NCBI GenBank assembly: GCA_965226495.1
Contig: OZ245365.1
Coordinates: 6,016,001-6,080,000 of the forward strand
DNA length: 64,000 nt
DNA from: Candidatus Marinacidobacterales bacterium
GTDB lineage: Bacteria; Acidobacteriota; Vicinamibacteria; Marinacidobacterales; DATDRI01
Direction of reading: 5' to 3'
A program made the translations under genes and the position numbers. Positions 36,110 through 47,400 of this stretch are shown one piece after another (within the stretch, counting starts at the first letter, position 1; every line of letters begins with the position of its first letter). Below the pieces are notes generated by a model. It did not search any database, had not been told where the DNA came from, and saw nothing but the letters and a program-made list of their open reading frames with translations.

Positions 36110-37984
36110 TTAGGAACCCAGGCGGAACTTCTGACGGAACCGCATCTGTACGCGAACCTTGGCACCGTCTTTTTCCGCGGGCTCGTATCGCCATTCGGTG
36201 ATGGCATCGAGCACGGCCTTGTCCAGAACCGGGCTCGCAGATTCGACGATGCGGATGTCGATGGGGATGCCCTCCTCGGTCACAATAAACTCGGCCACGA
36301 CGCGGCCCTGCTGTCTCATCTTGCGCGCCATCGGTGGATACGATGGAGGACTACCGGAGATTCTCTTCGGCGCCTTGTCGTCCGGCCCGAGCGTAACGAG
36401 CCCGGTTGGGGTCGGGGGTGGCTCGGCGTCGGGGGCTTCTTTCTCCGGGGCCGTCACCGATTCCTTGCGCGGTGGTTTAGCCGCCGCGACCTTGGGTGCC
36501 GGTGCCGTGTGACGCCGCCGCAATCTTGCCTCGACGTTCAGGCTCTCTCCTGCTCCCGCGGAGACGATGGAGCGCCAAGGATCGTAACCACTTCTTTCCA
36601 CGAGAATTTCGTGTTGGCCCGGCTTGAGCGTCCATTCTTCGATGGGCGCGTTACCGATCACTTCACCGTCGATCGAGACTTGTGCTCCTTCTGGTTGGGA
36701 TTCGAGGAAGAGCGCTACGTCGGCCGGCGACATCGCGAATACGAGGTTCTCTTCGCCGGGGATGGTGATGATCGATTCAACGGGAAGGAACCCTTCCATG
36801 GCGATCCGCACATCGTGTTCACCCGCTTCGAGCTCCGGAAGTTTCAAGGGCGCCGTGCCGGCGAGACTGCCTCCTACCCAAACCTCCGCTCCCAACGGGT
36901 AGGTCTCGATCCGAGGCGCGTAGGAGCCGGAAAAGAGAAACGTCATGACCGCCCAACCGATTGCGAGGGCGCCTATCATGGCGACGGCTCCTATCGTCCG
37001 TTTCCGCCGGTCTCGCGGTCCCTGACGCCTGCGGGTGGTGCTCGATGTCGATTCCGCCCCGCATGCTTCGCCCAGATTGTCGAGAGCCAGTGTCTCCTCG
37101 ACTTGGCTCACGTCAGGAGCCACCGGCGTCTTCTTGGCCTCGGCCGGTGTCGAGACAATCGGAATCTGGAACTGGTCGAACTGCTTCAGATTAAGAGCGG
37201 ACACAAATTCCGGGAAACTCGTGAATCGTTCTGACGGCTTCTTCGCCAGCGCGCAACGGAAGATATCCTCGTACTCGCGAGGGAGCTCGGCTTTCAGCTC
37301 GTGCGGTGGGATCGGGGGAGCATGAACGACCTTATAGAGAACGGTCGTAATGCTGTCACCGGGAAATGGCTTCTTCCCGGTCAGCATCTCGTACGTAACG
37401 ACCGATAGCGAGTACAAATCCACCTGCGCGTTAGCCTTCCCGTGCTCGATCTGCTCTGGAGCCATGTATGACGGCGAACCGAGGAATTGCCCCACCGACG
37501 TCATCACCGTGGACTCCAAATGAACGAGGCCGAAGTCCATGATCGTTGGGCTTCCGTCCTCGAGAATCATGATGTTCGCCGGTTTGACGTCTCGGTGGAA
37601 GATCCCAAGCTCGTGCGCGTACTGGAGAGCGTCGGCGATGGGTGAAACCACCTCCATGGTCTCGTCCAGGGACAGGGAGCCGCGCTCGGCAAGGAGTGCC
37701 AAGAGGCTTTTGCCCTCTAGATACTCCATCACGAAGAAGTTCTCACCGACGTCGAAGATGGTCACGATGTTGGGATGGGAGAGCTGGCCGACTGCGCGTG
37801 ACTCGCGCTGGAAACGTTTTTGGTACTCGCCGGTTTCGTCTTGTGCGAGGACGTCGGCCTTGATGGCTTTGACCGCGACGACCCTGCCAACGAGCGGGTC
37901 ACGCGCCTTGTAGACGGTGCCCATAGCTCCCTGGCCTATTTCACCGAGGATCTCGTAGCGACCGAACGTCTTCTTCTTGGGCAT
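36110..37984 (-). CDS. Ser/Thr kinase - TM - PEGA x2 - Pro-rich linker - TonB C-terminal fusion
   Basis: GQGAMGTVY, HRDVKPAN, DFG; P.GA.V..G...G.AP (PEGA); PSYPPMARK...QGRV...WRYEPA.KDG..V.V (TonB_C). Confidence 0.9.
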   Translation of the reverse strand: MPKKKTFGRYEILGEIGQGAMGTVYKARDPLVGRVVAVKAIKADVLAQDETGEYQKRFQRESRAVGQLSHPNIVTIFDVGENFFVMEYLEGKSLLALLAERGSLSLDETMEVVSPIADALQYAHELGIFHRDVKPANIMILEDGSPTIMDFGLVHLESTVMTSVGQFLGSPSYMAPEQIEHGKANAQVDLYSLSVVTYEMLTGKKPFPGDSITTVLYKVVHAPPIPPHELKAELPREYEDIFRCALAKKPSERFTSFPEFVSALNLKQFDQFQIPIVSTPAEAKKTPVAPDVSQVEETLALDNLGEACGAESTSSTTRRRQGPRDRRKRTIGAVAMIGALAIGWAVMTFLFSGSYAPRIETYPLGAEVWVGGSLAGTAPLKLPELEAGEHDVRIAMEGFLPVESIITIPGEENLVFAMSPADVALFLESQPEGAQVSIDGEVIGNAPIEEWTLKPGQHEILVERSGYDPWRSIVSAGAGESLNVEARLRRRHTAPAPKVAAAKPPRKESVTAPEKEAPDAEPPPTPTGLVTLGPDDKAPKRISGSPPSYPPMARKMRQQGRVVAEFIVTEEGIPIDIRIVESASPVLDKAVLDAITEWRYEPAEKDGAKVRVQMRFRQKFRLGS

Positions 37985-38118
37985 GGCGAGATTGTTGTTG
38001 CGGTGAGTGAAAGGTGGTTGGTGGCCCTAGGCTCACCCCCGGCACGCCGAAAAGAATACACCCAGCGCCCCCGGCCTTGCAAGCCCACCGTGATATCTTC
38101 GGGCCGGGAGAGTGGAAA

Positions 38119-39606
38119 ATGAAGAACTTCCTAGCTTTTCTCGTGCTAGCGAGCGTCTTAGCCATCGGTCCAGGCGGCGCCCAGGAATTGCACGATCTTC
38201 AAGGGCCTCCGTATCGACCGACGAAGCCCATCGCCATCGTGGGAGGGCTGCTCATCGATGGTAACGGCGGGGCGCCGCAGCATGACCAGGCTATTCTCAT
38301 CGTCGGCGAGCGCATTGATTGGATCGGCCCCATGGAGGAGATCCAGTTCCCGAAGGGGGCCGAAGTCATCGATGCAAAAGGCATGACCATCATGCCCGGT
38401 CTCATCAACGGGAACGCCTATATCCAACTGCGGGCCATTTACCCTGCCCCGGCCGCCGATCTCACCCTCGAGGAGTTCCAGGCTCGTTGGGAGGAGACCT
38501 GGTCCACTTGGAAAAAGCGCGCCTTCACCTGGCTGATGCGAGGAGTGACCGGTATCCGGAACACCAGCGGCCCCTTAAGTAAGGTGCGGGCGTGGAAGCA
38601 CGCCATCGAGAGGGGAGAGGTCGCCGGGCCTCGCGTCTACTTGGGCGGGACTCTTATTTTCAGCGAGCCTCACTTCAAGTTCTGGACGCGGAACACGCCG
38701 GACCCCGCCGCGGTCGAGTGGATGCGAAACGATTTCGCCTTCACCGTCATTAGTGACGTGGACAAGGATACCGACGCCCTCGTGGCAGAGGACATCGATT
38801 ATTGGAAGTTCTATTTCTCCAACGAGACCTGGGACGGCAAGAACGACTTCTCGGACGAAGAAGTGAAGGCCATCATCGACAAAGCGCACAAGAATGGGAT
38901 TCGCATCGACGCCCACTGTGGGGTTCACATGCGCCGGGCCGTCGAGCTGGGGGTCGACACCGTGCAGCATCCCTTTTCGAGCCGGGGGCTCGTCGAAGGG
39001 GACATCATCGACAATTTTGCAAGTAAAGGTGTCTTCGCATCGACTTGTCTCGCCCACGGCCTGATCCAATCAGAGTTCGCCGCCGACCCGCATCAGTTGA
39101 ACGAGACTCTGTACTCCACGTCCCTCACCGATGACGAGTATCGAACTCTGGTCCGCTACCGAGATCGGATGATCTGGAACAGGAATCATCCCGACGAGCC
39201 GGCGCTACTCATCGGCGACCCACAGCCGTTTGCGAATCGGGGCCGGCGCACGTTTCGTCAACAGCAGGAAGGCATGCAGATGGCGAAGGAGAACATGCGG
39301 CGGTTCATCAAGGCAGGAGTCAAGTTCTTCATGGCTACCGACACCGGCGCTTTCTTGAACTTCCAGCAGCAAAACCCCGACGTTCTCGAGATGCGATCGA
39401 TGGTCGAGCTTGGCATGACACCGATGCAGGCGATACTTTCGGCAACTCGCAACGGTGCCGAAGCGCTGGGCGTACTCGATGAAGTGGGAACGGTGGAGGT
39501 GGGCAAGCTCGCGGATGTGATCGTGGTGCCCGGCAACCCGCTTCTCGACATGAACGTGATGAAGCGGGTCTACGTGACGATTAAGGGCGGAGTTCGGTAT
39601 AAGTAA
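38119..39606 (+). CDS. Exported amidohydrolase-fold protein lacking the canonical HxH metal motif
   Basis: IDAKGMTIMPGLINGNAY, DAH, ATDTG, GMTPMQAI..AT.NGA, GTVEVGKLADVI. Confidence 0.8.
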   Translation: MKNFLAFLVLASVLAIGPGGAQELHDLQGPPYRPTKPIAIVGGLLIDGNGGAPQHDQAILIVGERIDWIGPMEEIQFPKGAEVIDAKGMTIMPGLINGNAYIQLRAIYPAPAADLTLEEFQARWEETWSTWKKRAFTWLMRGVTGIRNTSGPLSKVRAWKHAIERGEVAGPRVYLGGTLIFSEPHFKFWTRNTPDPAAVEWMRNDFAFTVISDVDKDTDALVAEDIDYWKFYFSNETWDGKNDFSDEEVKAIIDKAHKNGIRIDAHCGVHMRRAVELGVDTVQHPFSSRGLVEGDIIDNFASKGVFASTCLAHGLIQSEFAADPHQLNETLYSTSLTDDEYRTLVRYRDRMIWNRNHPDEPALLIGDPQPFANRGRRTFRQQQEGMQMAKENMRRFIKAGVKFFMATDTGAFLNFQQQNPDVLEMRSMVELGMTPMQAILSATRNGAEALGVLDEVGTVEVGKLADVIVVPGNPLLDMNVMKRVYVTIKGGVRYK

Positions 39607-39608
39607 TG

Positions 39609-39872
39609 CTACACCAGGCCGCGATAGACGTCTTTCCGGTGACGAATGCGAAGCACGAAGACGACGAGCCTCTCTTTTTCGATGGAGTAAACGATCCGAT
39701 ACTCGCCGACGCGAAACCGGTACAGGCCTTTGTAGGGCCCGGACAGTGGCTTGCCCTGGAACGGAGCCACAGCGAGGATGTTCTCCGCGACGTCGAGTGC
39801 TCGGGCCCGGAGCGATTTAGGTAATGACTTCAGATCCTTGGCGACGCTCTTCGCATACTCGACTCTAAACAC
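39609..39872 (-). CDS. relE: RelE/ParE family toxin
   Basis: KDLKSL...GKPLSG...LYRFRVGEYRIVY......V.VLRIRHRKDVYR. Confidence 0.9.
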   Translation of the reverse strand: MFRVEYAKSVAKDLKSLPKSLRARALDVAENILAVAPFQGKPLSGPYKGLYRFRVGEYRIVYSIEKERLVVFVLRIRHRKDVYRGLV

Positions 39873-40077
39873 CGAGCTTCTTTCTCATCTCGGAAGGACT
39901 CAATCGCTCCTCGTGAAGTCTCTCCTTCGCGATTTGAAAGTCTTCCAGCTCTTCGAGATACGCTTCGATGGCTTTCGAGACGAGCCAGGATCGATTTCGC
40001 TCCGTCTCCTTTGCCAGCGCGTCCAGCCGCTCCAATAGGTCCTCGCTCACGGTGGCGCTGATGTTCTTCTTGCTCAT
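39865..40077 (-). CDS. Ribbon-helix-helix antitoxin
   Basis: ISATVSEDLLERLDALAKETERNRSWLV..AIEAYL; overlaps relE. Confidence 0.85.
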   Translation of the reverse strand: MSKKNISATVSEDLLERLDALAKETERNRSWLVSKAIEAYLEELEDFQIAKERLHEERLSPSEMRKKLGV

Positions 40078-40109
40078 CTTTCCATCCGGCTATTACCGAC
40101 TAACATGAG

Positions 40110-40124
40110 TATTATAACATAATA
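40110..40124 (-). promoter_or_regulatory. TA operator overlapping an extended -10
   Basis: TATTAT-AAC-ATAATA inverted repeat; the minus strand reads TGTTATAAT. Confidence 0.6.
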
Positions 40125-40167
40125 GGGGGGAAGATTGAAGACACAGCAAGCCGTCTTTCCTCTCCCT

Positions 40168-41845
40168 CTATGTCCCTGTTGTCGCGCGGCGCCCTCGACC
40201 GGGGCGCCGGTCAGCGAGTCTGCGGCCGGCATAGGCTGCGACTTCGGCGAGCTGTTCCAACGGCTGCTCCAGTCGGGGATCCTGAAAGCTGCGAAGCACG
40301 ACTTCCTTCGCGAAGAGGAGTGCTAGATAGCGGAGCTTGAGAGCCGGGCGCTCGGCGATGGCTTGATAGTCTCGATGTCCGCTGTTGACCTCCCAGCGGC
40401 CCTCGAAAAAGCGAGAGCGCCACGGGGGCACCGGGATGATCGACCAGCTCGGGCTCGGGAATCCCCTCGTCGGACGGCCTTCCCGACAACTCCTCCACAA
40501 CCTCGACGGCTACGATCACACCTGCCTCGCGGCCGCCCGCACGTGCTCGCACCGAAAGGCGCCCTTCACCCGGCTCGTCGTCGGCGGTCAAGACCACCTG
40601 TTCGGCGGCAGGTCGACGTCAGTGAGCGTGCCGACGGGACCGGAGAGCTCCCAGAAAAACTCCACGCCGGTTGGAATCACACGGTCTTCGGCGTCCGTGC
40701 CCTGAGCCCGCACGCGTTTCGTCGCACGACACTCGATCAGAACGCGGGACGGGATGACGCGAACGGCTGCCAGGGGACCGGGAGGGAAGAGCTCGGCGAC
40801 CGGCGTCGAGCTCTCGCCGGTCGATGGCTCGTGAGCGGCCAATCCAGGCGGTGCCTCCGTTCCTGCTTGGTCCGCCTTTTCGTCGCCCCCCGTGCCAGCG
40901 CCACCTTCTTCATCTTGTTCCGAGCGAACGGGAAGCATGGAGTAGCGAGGGCGCTGGCGGTAGAAGACCTTCCGCAACCAAAGTGCCGGTCGTGTATAGG
41001 GCGACTCCTCGCGGCTCTGGGCTATTTCTTTCCTCTACGGTGAGATAGATCTCCAAACGGATGGGAGGGTAACCGTCTACCGGCAGCGGTCCGAGTCCTG
41101 CCAGACGTTCGCCGAGGAAGCGAGGCGGTTCGACGGTGATAGACTTTCGGGCGCGACTGCGCGCCATCCGGTCGTCCACGACTAGATCAACGTCTCGTGC
41201 CAGTAGCTGCCCGCGTAGCTCGGAGGCTAGGTAGTCCGACGCCCGCCGAGCAACCAAGCTGCTCATCGCCTCTCGGTGAAGCCCCACCACCACCACTTCC
41301 GTCGAGCGCTCCTCGAAAGTCAATTTGCCCCTCAGCGGCTCAATAACGTACTCGGGCCGGTCCCGGTACAGGATCAAGCGATGGGGTTTGTGACCGCCGA
41401 AGTAACTGCGTATCTCGAGCATCTCACCCAAGCTCCAAAAACCTAGAAGTCCGATGCCATACTGCCCCTGGGTCATGAGCTCGAGTCGTTGCTGCGGAGA
41501 CAGGGATTGCTTTCGACTGTGGCCGATGTGGGTGGCGATGTACCGCAGGGCATCGGGACGGTCCATCTCGGGAATGACGCCCTCCCCGTCGTCGAGAATC
41601 TTGAGACAAGGCACGCCCTTCTCGCGCAGGCGCGTGACACGAATCGAGCGAGCCCCGGCGTCCAGGCTATTCTGGACGAGCTCGGCGAGCGCCTTTCTGG
41701 GATCGGGTTGGCTGAGCGCTAGCCAGCGGATGAGCTCAAAGGGGTCGTGGACTCGGACGCGCCCCTTCTCGACGTCTCGTCCAGTTTTGGCGCGACGTCT
41801 GCAACGTCGGCGTGGTGATTTCGGAAGGTCTTCGGAAGAGAGCAA
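40168..41845 (-). pseudogene. GHKL (HATPase_c, MORC/HtpG-like) ATP-binding protein, fragmented
   Basis: ELVQNSLDA, DDGEG, GHSRK, GQYGIG. Coding-like sequence continues through three frame changes near 40975, 40595 and 40420. Confidence 0.7.
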
Positions 41846-41863
41846 ATATCGTCTTAATATCGG

Positions 41864-42080
41864 TAGCCAGCGATTACTAGCTCCGGGCGATCCCTGGACG
41901 ACTCATCGTGGCGCGGCGCGCATCTTTTTCGACTGCCGTCGGAAGGGGATAACCGTACGAAGCTCTATCGATTGCCTTATCGCACAGCTGGCGCTCGAGC
42001 ATGACGCTACGCTGCTTCACGATGATGACGACTTCGAGCGGATCCGAAAGGTGAGGCGGTTGACGACGCAACGGAATTAG
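41864..42080 (+). pseudogene. PIN/VapC toxin C-terminal remnant
   Basis: AARIFFDCRRKGITVRSSIDCLIAQLALEHDATLLHDDDDFERI, with no N-terminal half and no antitoxin. Confidence 0.8.
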
Positions 42081-42094
42081 TCGCACATTCACTA

Positions 42095-43627
42095 TCAGAT
42101 TGGCGGCGGCTGCCACCCTCCCAACTCTTTCTCCAAGAACTGGGCGCTGGCCAGCACGGTATCCTCCCGCCAGGGACGACCCACAATCTGGATTCCGATG
42201 GGCAAGCCCTCTGGCGAAGTCCCGCCGCGAACGACCGCGGCGGGCCAACCCGTGACGTTGAACACCGAGGTATAAGTATCCGGCACGAAACCGTCGACTG
42301 AGAGGGACTTCACCACCATTTCATCCAATGCACCCTGAGCGAAGGCGGGAAACGGAGCGACCGGGCAGACGATCAGGTCGTAGTGCTCCATGAATCGCAA
42401 CATCTCGCCTCGAAACTTCTGGCGTGCGATGAGCTTTTCGTTGGCATCGCGAAGCGATAATTTGGAGTTCCGCGCGCCGTCGTAAATTCGTTGGATCGGA
42501 TTCGAGAGTTGTTTGGTGCCCGCTTTCCCGATGGAGCGGGCGAGCGACGCGCCCCCGTCCGAGTACCCGCTCAGGTCACGCAATCGGTCGAGCGCCTCTG
42601 GTCGACGCTCTTCGACTTTCACGCCCATCTCCGAGAGTGCTTCGACGGCGCGCGTGACCGTGGCTTTCGTCTCCGGCGTTGGGGGAAAAGAGGACAGCAC
42701 ACCATCTTCCGTGTAATAAGCCGCGCGCAATTGTCGTAGATCGATGGCCGCCGGGTCGCGAAGGGGCATGGGGACCACGTCGGGATCGTGCCCATCCGCA
42801 CCCGAAATGATGGGTAACGCGAGGATCAAGTCCTCGACGTATCTGGCAATGGGTCCAATGGTGGTTGCGTGGGAGGCCAGCCCAGCATCGAACGAGATAA
42901 AGTGTCCGGTTCGGGGTACCCGACCGTTAGTGGGTTTCAGTCCGGCAACGCCGCAGAAATGAGACGGCCATCGAATGCTACCGCCGGTGTCGCTTCCTAA
43001 ATCTAGCGGTGAACCGGCAGCGGCCACGATCGCTGCGGCGCCCCCACTACTTCCACCCGGGCTACGAGAAAGGTCGTACGGATTGCTGGTCTGACCGTAC
43101 ACCAGGTTGTCGGTATCACCCCAGTGAGTAAACTCGGGAGTGTTGGTCTTCCCCAACAAAATGGCTCCGGCGTCCCTCATGCGCGCCACTACTGTGGCGT
43201 CGGACGGCGGGATATAGTTCCTTCTTCCCAAAGTGCCGGCCGTACTGATCACCCCCGCGGTGTCTAGCGAATCCTTCAACGTCATCGGCACGCCATGCAG
43301 CGGGCCCCTTATCGCTCCACGCGCTAAATCGGCGTCAGCTTGTCGTGCTTCCTCCAGAGCGCGGTCAGACACGAGCTGTACCACCGCGTTCAGTTTAGCG
43401 TTGACCTCTTCAATGCGATCCAGGTACGCCCGGACGACCTCGATCGAAGAGACTCGTTTCGCCCGGATCGCCTTGGCCAACGACGAGGCGGAGGAATGGA
43501 TTAAGGGGTCACGAAGGGAAACGGGAGACCAGGCCGGGGCCAGAGGTAAGGCGGCGGCACTTCCGAGAAGAGAGAGCATCTCTCGCCGGGAGAGAGTGTT
43601 TTCTTCAAACAAGTCTATATTCCCCAA
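42095..43627 (-). CDS. Amidase (amidase-signature family) with a Tat-like signal
   Basis: SRREML, HGVPMTLKD, GKTNTPE, GGSSGG, GSDTGGSIR. Confidence 0.92.
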   Translation of the reverse strand: MGNIDLFEENTLSRREMLSLLGSAAALPLAPAWSPVSLRDPLIHSSASSLAKAIRAKRVSSIEVVRAYLDRIEEVNAKLNAVVQLVSDRALEEARQADADLARGAIRGPLHGVPMTLKDSLDTAGVISTAGTLGRRNYIPPSDATVVARMRDAGAILLGKTNTPEFTHWGDTDNLVYGQTSNPYDLSRSPGGSSGGAAAIVAAAGSPLDLGSDTGGSIRWPSHFCGVAGLKPTNGRVPRTGHFISFDAGLASHATTIGPIARYVEDLILALPIISGADGHDPDVVPMPLRDPAAIDLRQLRAAYYTEDGVLSSFPPTPETKATVTRAVEALSEMGVKVEERRPEALDRLRDLSGYSDGGASLARSIGKAGTKQLSNPIQRIYDGARNSKLSLRDANEKLIARQKFRGEMLRFMEHYDLIVCPVAPFPAFAQGALDEMVVKSLSVDGFVPDTYTSVFNVTGWPAAVVRGGTSPEGLPIGIQIVGRPWREDTVLASAQFLEKELGGWQPPPI

Positions 43628-44349
43628 GCCCCGCTCACCTGAACGTTCGCCCCATTGATGTAGCGCGCGTCGTCGGATAGAAGGTAGCGTACCAAACCCA
43701 CTATATCTTGAGTGTCACCGATGTATCCAGCCGGAATCTTCTTGGCCATGGACTCGAGCTCCTCGGGCGGCGCACTGCCGGAGTCGATGAATCCGGGTGA
43801 GATAGCGTTGACGGTAATGCCGTGCGGCGCGAGCAGGCGCGCCAACGACCGAGTGAAGATGAGCACGCCGACTTTCGAGATGTAGTGCGCGGTCAAGTGG
43901 GGCTGCGCCAAGAGTCGGTCGGCGTTGGCCATGCTGAAACTGATGATCCGTCCCCACTTGCGCTCTTTCATGCCCGGGGCGACAGCGCGACCAAGATAAA
44001 ACAGGGGGTGCAGGTTGTTATCGAACATCGAGTGCCAGTCGTCGATGCTCACTTCCAATAGATTCTTTCGCTGATACGGGCCCGCACCGTTGATGAGCGC
44101 GTCGATGCGACCCCATTTTTGCTCAACCTGGCGCACGATGCCTTCGGCGGCAGCAGGATCGGACACATCGCACTGCTCCGCTAGCCCACGGCCTCCGTTC
44201 TCTTCGATTTGCGCCTTGGTCTCGTCCGCTTCCTTTGCACTGGTCCTGTAGCAAATCGCGACCGACCACCCTTGCGTTGCCAGGTCCAAGGCGACTGCTC
44301 TTGCGATGCCGCGCGCCCCACCCGTGATCAATGCGACTCGCTCGCTCAT
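43615..44349 (-). CDS. Short-chain dehydrogenase/reductase
   Basis: TGGARGIA, YISK, NAISPG. Confidence 0.9.
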   Translation of the reverse strand: MSERVALITGGARGIARAVALDLATQGWSVAICYRTSAKEADETKAQIEENGGRGLAEQCDVSDPAAAEGIVRQVEQKWGRIDALINGAGPYQRKNLLEVSIDDWHSMFDNNLHPLFYLGRAVAPGMKERKWGRIISFSMANADRLLAQPHLTAHYISKVGVLIFTRSLARLLAPHGITVNAISPGFIDSGSAPPEELESMAKKIPAGYIGDTQDIVGLVRYLLSDDARYINGANVQVSGAWGI

Positions 44350-44404
44350 GGCCGAAGTTTAACACCGCGACGTCGCCTTGCGCGCGGTGGGGTGAGGCGT
44401 CACA

Positions 44405-47400
44405 ATGTGCCCTCCTGTGGGCGAAAAGCGGCGGTTCTCCAAGGTCATGGCGGCCAATCGCGGGGAGATCGCCATTCGAATCTTCCGCGCGTGTACGGAG
44501 CTGGGGATCAGAACGCTCGCCATTTACGCTCACGCCGACCAGCTCTCCATCCATCGCTACAAAGCGGACGAGGCATTTCCCGTCGGCTCGCCCGACGAGC
44601 CAGTGGGAGCGTACCTGGATCAGGAGGCCATTCTCGATATTGCGCTCGCCCATGAGGTGGACGCGATCCATCCTGGATATGGTTTCTTGGCGGAGAATGC
44701 AGAGTTCGCCCGCCGATGTGCCGATGCCGGCGTCGTTTTCATTGGACCGCGGCCGGAAGTCCTCGAGGCTTTCGGTAGCAAGACGTCGGCACGCCAACTC
44801 GCGGTGGAGGCGGGAGTCCCGGTGGTGCCGGGAACCGAAGAGCCCATCACCTCGACCGAGCAGGTTCGCGGCTTTGCTTCTGAACACGGCTACCCCATCC
44901 TCATCAAGGCTTCTTTCGGTGGCGGTGGCCGTGGCATGCGCATCGTACGCTCGGACGAAGAGGTGGATCAGGGTTTCGAGCAGGCGCGCAGCGAGGCGAA
45001 GGCCGCGTTCGGTCGCGAGGACGTGTACTGCGAGAAGCTTCTCGAGCAGGTGAAACATATCGAGATACAGCTCCTGGCCGACGAGCACGGCCAGTGCATC
45101 CACTTGTTCGAACGCGATTGTTCTGTCCAGCGCCGCCACCAGAAAGTCGTCGAGTTCGCGCCCGCGATTTCCATTGGCGACCAGGTGCGCTCGGAGCTCT
45201 ACCAGGCGGCGCTTCGCATCGCCACCACCGCGGGCTACAACAATGCGGGCACGGTCGAATTCCTGGTCGACGACCAAGGCTACTACTTCATCGAGGTCAA
45301 TCCACGGATCCAGGTCGAGCACACCGTGACCGAGTGCATCACCGGGCGCGACCTCGTTCAAGCGCAGATCCGAGTCGCCGAAGGCTTTCGACTACGAGAC
45401 CCCGAGATCGGGATCTCGAGTCAGGCTGCCATCACGAAGAACGGCTGCGCGGTGCAATGCCGGATCACCGCGGAGGATCCGCAGGCGGAGTTTGCGCCGA
45501 GTACCGGGAAGATCCGCGCCTATCGTGCCGCGGAAGGTTTTGGTATTCGGCTAGATGACGGGACCGCCGGAGCGGGCACCGTCATTTCGAGCTACTACGA
45601 CAGCCTCATCGTCAAGGTGACCGCCACCGCTCTCGACTTCAAAGGCGCGCGTGCCAAGTTGCTGCGTTCTCTTCGCGAATTTCGGATTCGAGGCGTCAAG
45701 ACCAACATGCGGTTCTTGGAAAACGTGATCTCTCACGCTCGATTCGTAACTGGAGACATCGACACCCGTTTCATCGATGAAACACCGGAGCTCTTCGAGT
45801 TCCCACCGGGGCGTGACCGGGGCACGAAGCTCCTGAGAGCACTCGCGGACGCGGTCGTGAATGGACCGCCAGGGGGGAAGGGTCCGTTGAAACGACCGAC
45901 ACCTCTCTTGCTCCCGCAGGTGCCGGCGCTCGGACGCGACCCGTTGCGGAAGGAGCCCGAGGACGGAGAGGCAATGGCTGTCTTTCGAGACAAGGGTCCG
46001 GAAGGATTGGCGAGCTGGCTCCGCGAAGAATCGCGCCTCTGGATCACCGACACCACGTTTCGAGACGCGCACCAGTCGCTCCTATCGACACGAGTTCGCA
46101 CCGCAGATATGGAAGCCATCGCGCCGGTTACCGCCCGCATCGCGAGCAATCTCTTCAGCGTCGAGATGTGGGGAGGGGCGACCTTCGATGTCGCCTATCG
46201 TTTCCTGAACGAAGACCCTTGGGAGCGGCTGAGCCGTTTGCGAGCGGCGATGCCCAACATTCTCTTCCAAATGCTGCTCCGGGGCGCGAACGCCGTCGGT
46301 TACACGAATTATCCCGATAACGTTATCCGACGCTTCGTTGGCTGTGCCGCCGAGGCGGGGATCGATATTTTCCGCATCTTCGATGCCCTCAACTGGGTCC
46401 CGAACATGACGCTCGCCATCGAAGAGGTCGCGAAAGCGGGCAAGGTAGCCGAAGCCGCTATCTGTTACACCGGTGACATCTCCGACCCGAGTCGAAAGAA
46501 ATACGATCTTGACTACTACGTCGGCCTCGCCAAGGAGCTTACCAAGCGCGGGGCACACATTCTCGCCATCAAAGACATGGCGGGACTCCTCAAACCCGCG
46601 GCGGCGCGCCAGCTCATCCCCGCCCTTCGCGAGGAGACCGGGCTACCCGTCCATCTCCACACCCACGATACGAGTGGCAACGGTGTCGCGACCTATCTCA
46701 TGGCGAGCGAAGCCGGTGTCGATGCCATCGATTGCGCCCTCGCGAGCATGTCGGGACTCACCAGCCAGCCGTCCTTGAACGCCGTTTGCGCTGCCCTCGC
46801 CACCAATGAGAGGCGGCCGACTCTCGATCTGGAAGCGATGAATCGACTCGACCTCTATTGGGAACGGGTCCGTAACCTCTACGAAAGCTTCGAGTCTGGC
46901 CTGAAAGCTAGCACCGCCGAGGTCTACGAGCACGAGATTCCAGGTGGCCAGTACTCGAACTTGCTTCGACGCGCCGACCAGCTCGGTTTGGGGGAGCGTT
47001 GGGGGGAGCTCAAAGAGAAGTACCGGGAAGTCAATCTCCTCCTCGGCGACATTATTAAGGTAACGCCGACGTCCAAGGTCGTGGCCGACTTCGCGATGTT
47101 TCTGGTTCAGAACGAGCTGACCGCCGAAGAAGCCATATCCCAGGCCAGCCGCTTGGATTTTCCTCAATCCGTGGTGGACTTCCTCGCTGGGGGCCTTGGC
47201 CAGCCCTATGGCGGGTTCCCGGAACGCGTGCAGAAAGCGATCTTGAAGGGGCGCCCGGCCATCACGGATCGCGTCGGCGAGCACTTGGAGCCCCACGATT
47301 TCGATGCCGCGAAGACGCGACTACAAGAGCGGCTGGGGCGTGAGCCTAGCGAGAAAGCGCTATTGAGCGATGCGCTCTACCCGGACGTGTTCGAAGACTA

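Noticed and set aside
44123-45361. Long antisense ORFs (here and at 22166-23371, 36098-37234) and the off-frame ORF at 49813-51150
   Set aside because: These are shadow ORFs of high-GC genes with no recognisable motifs.
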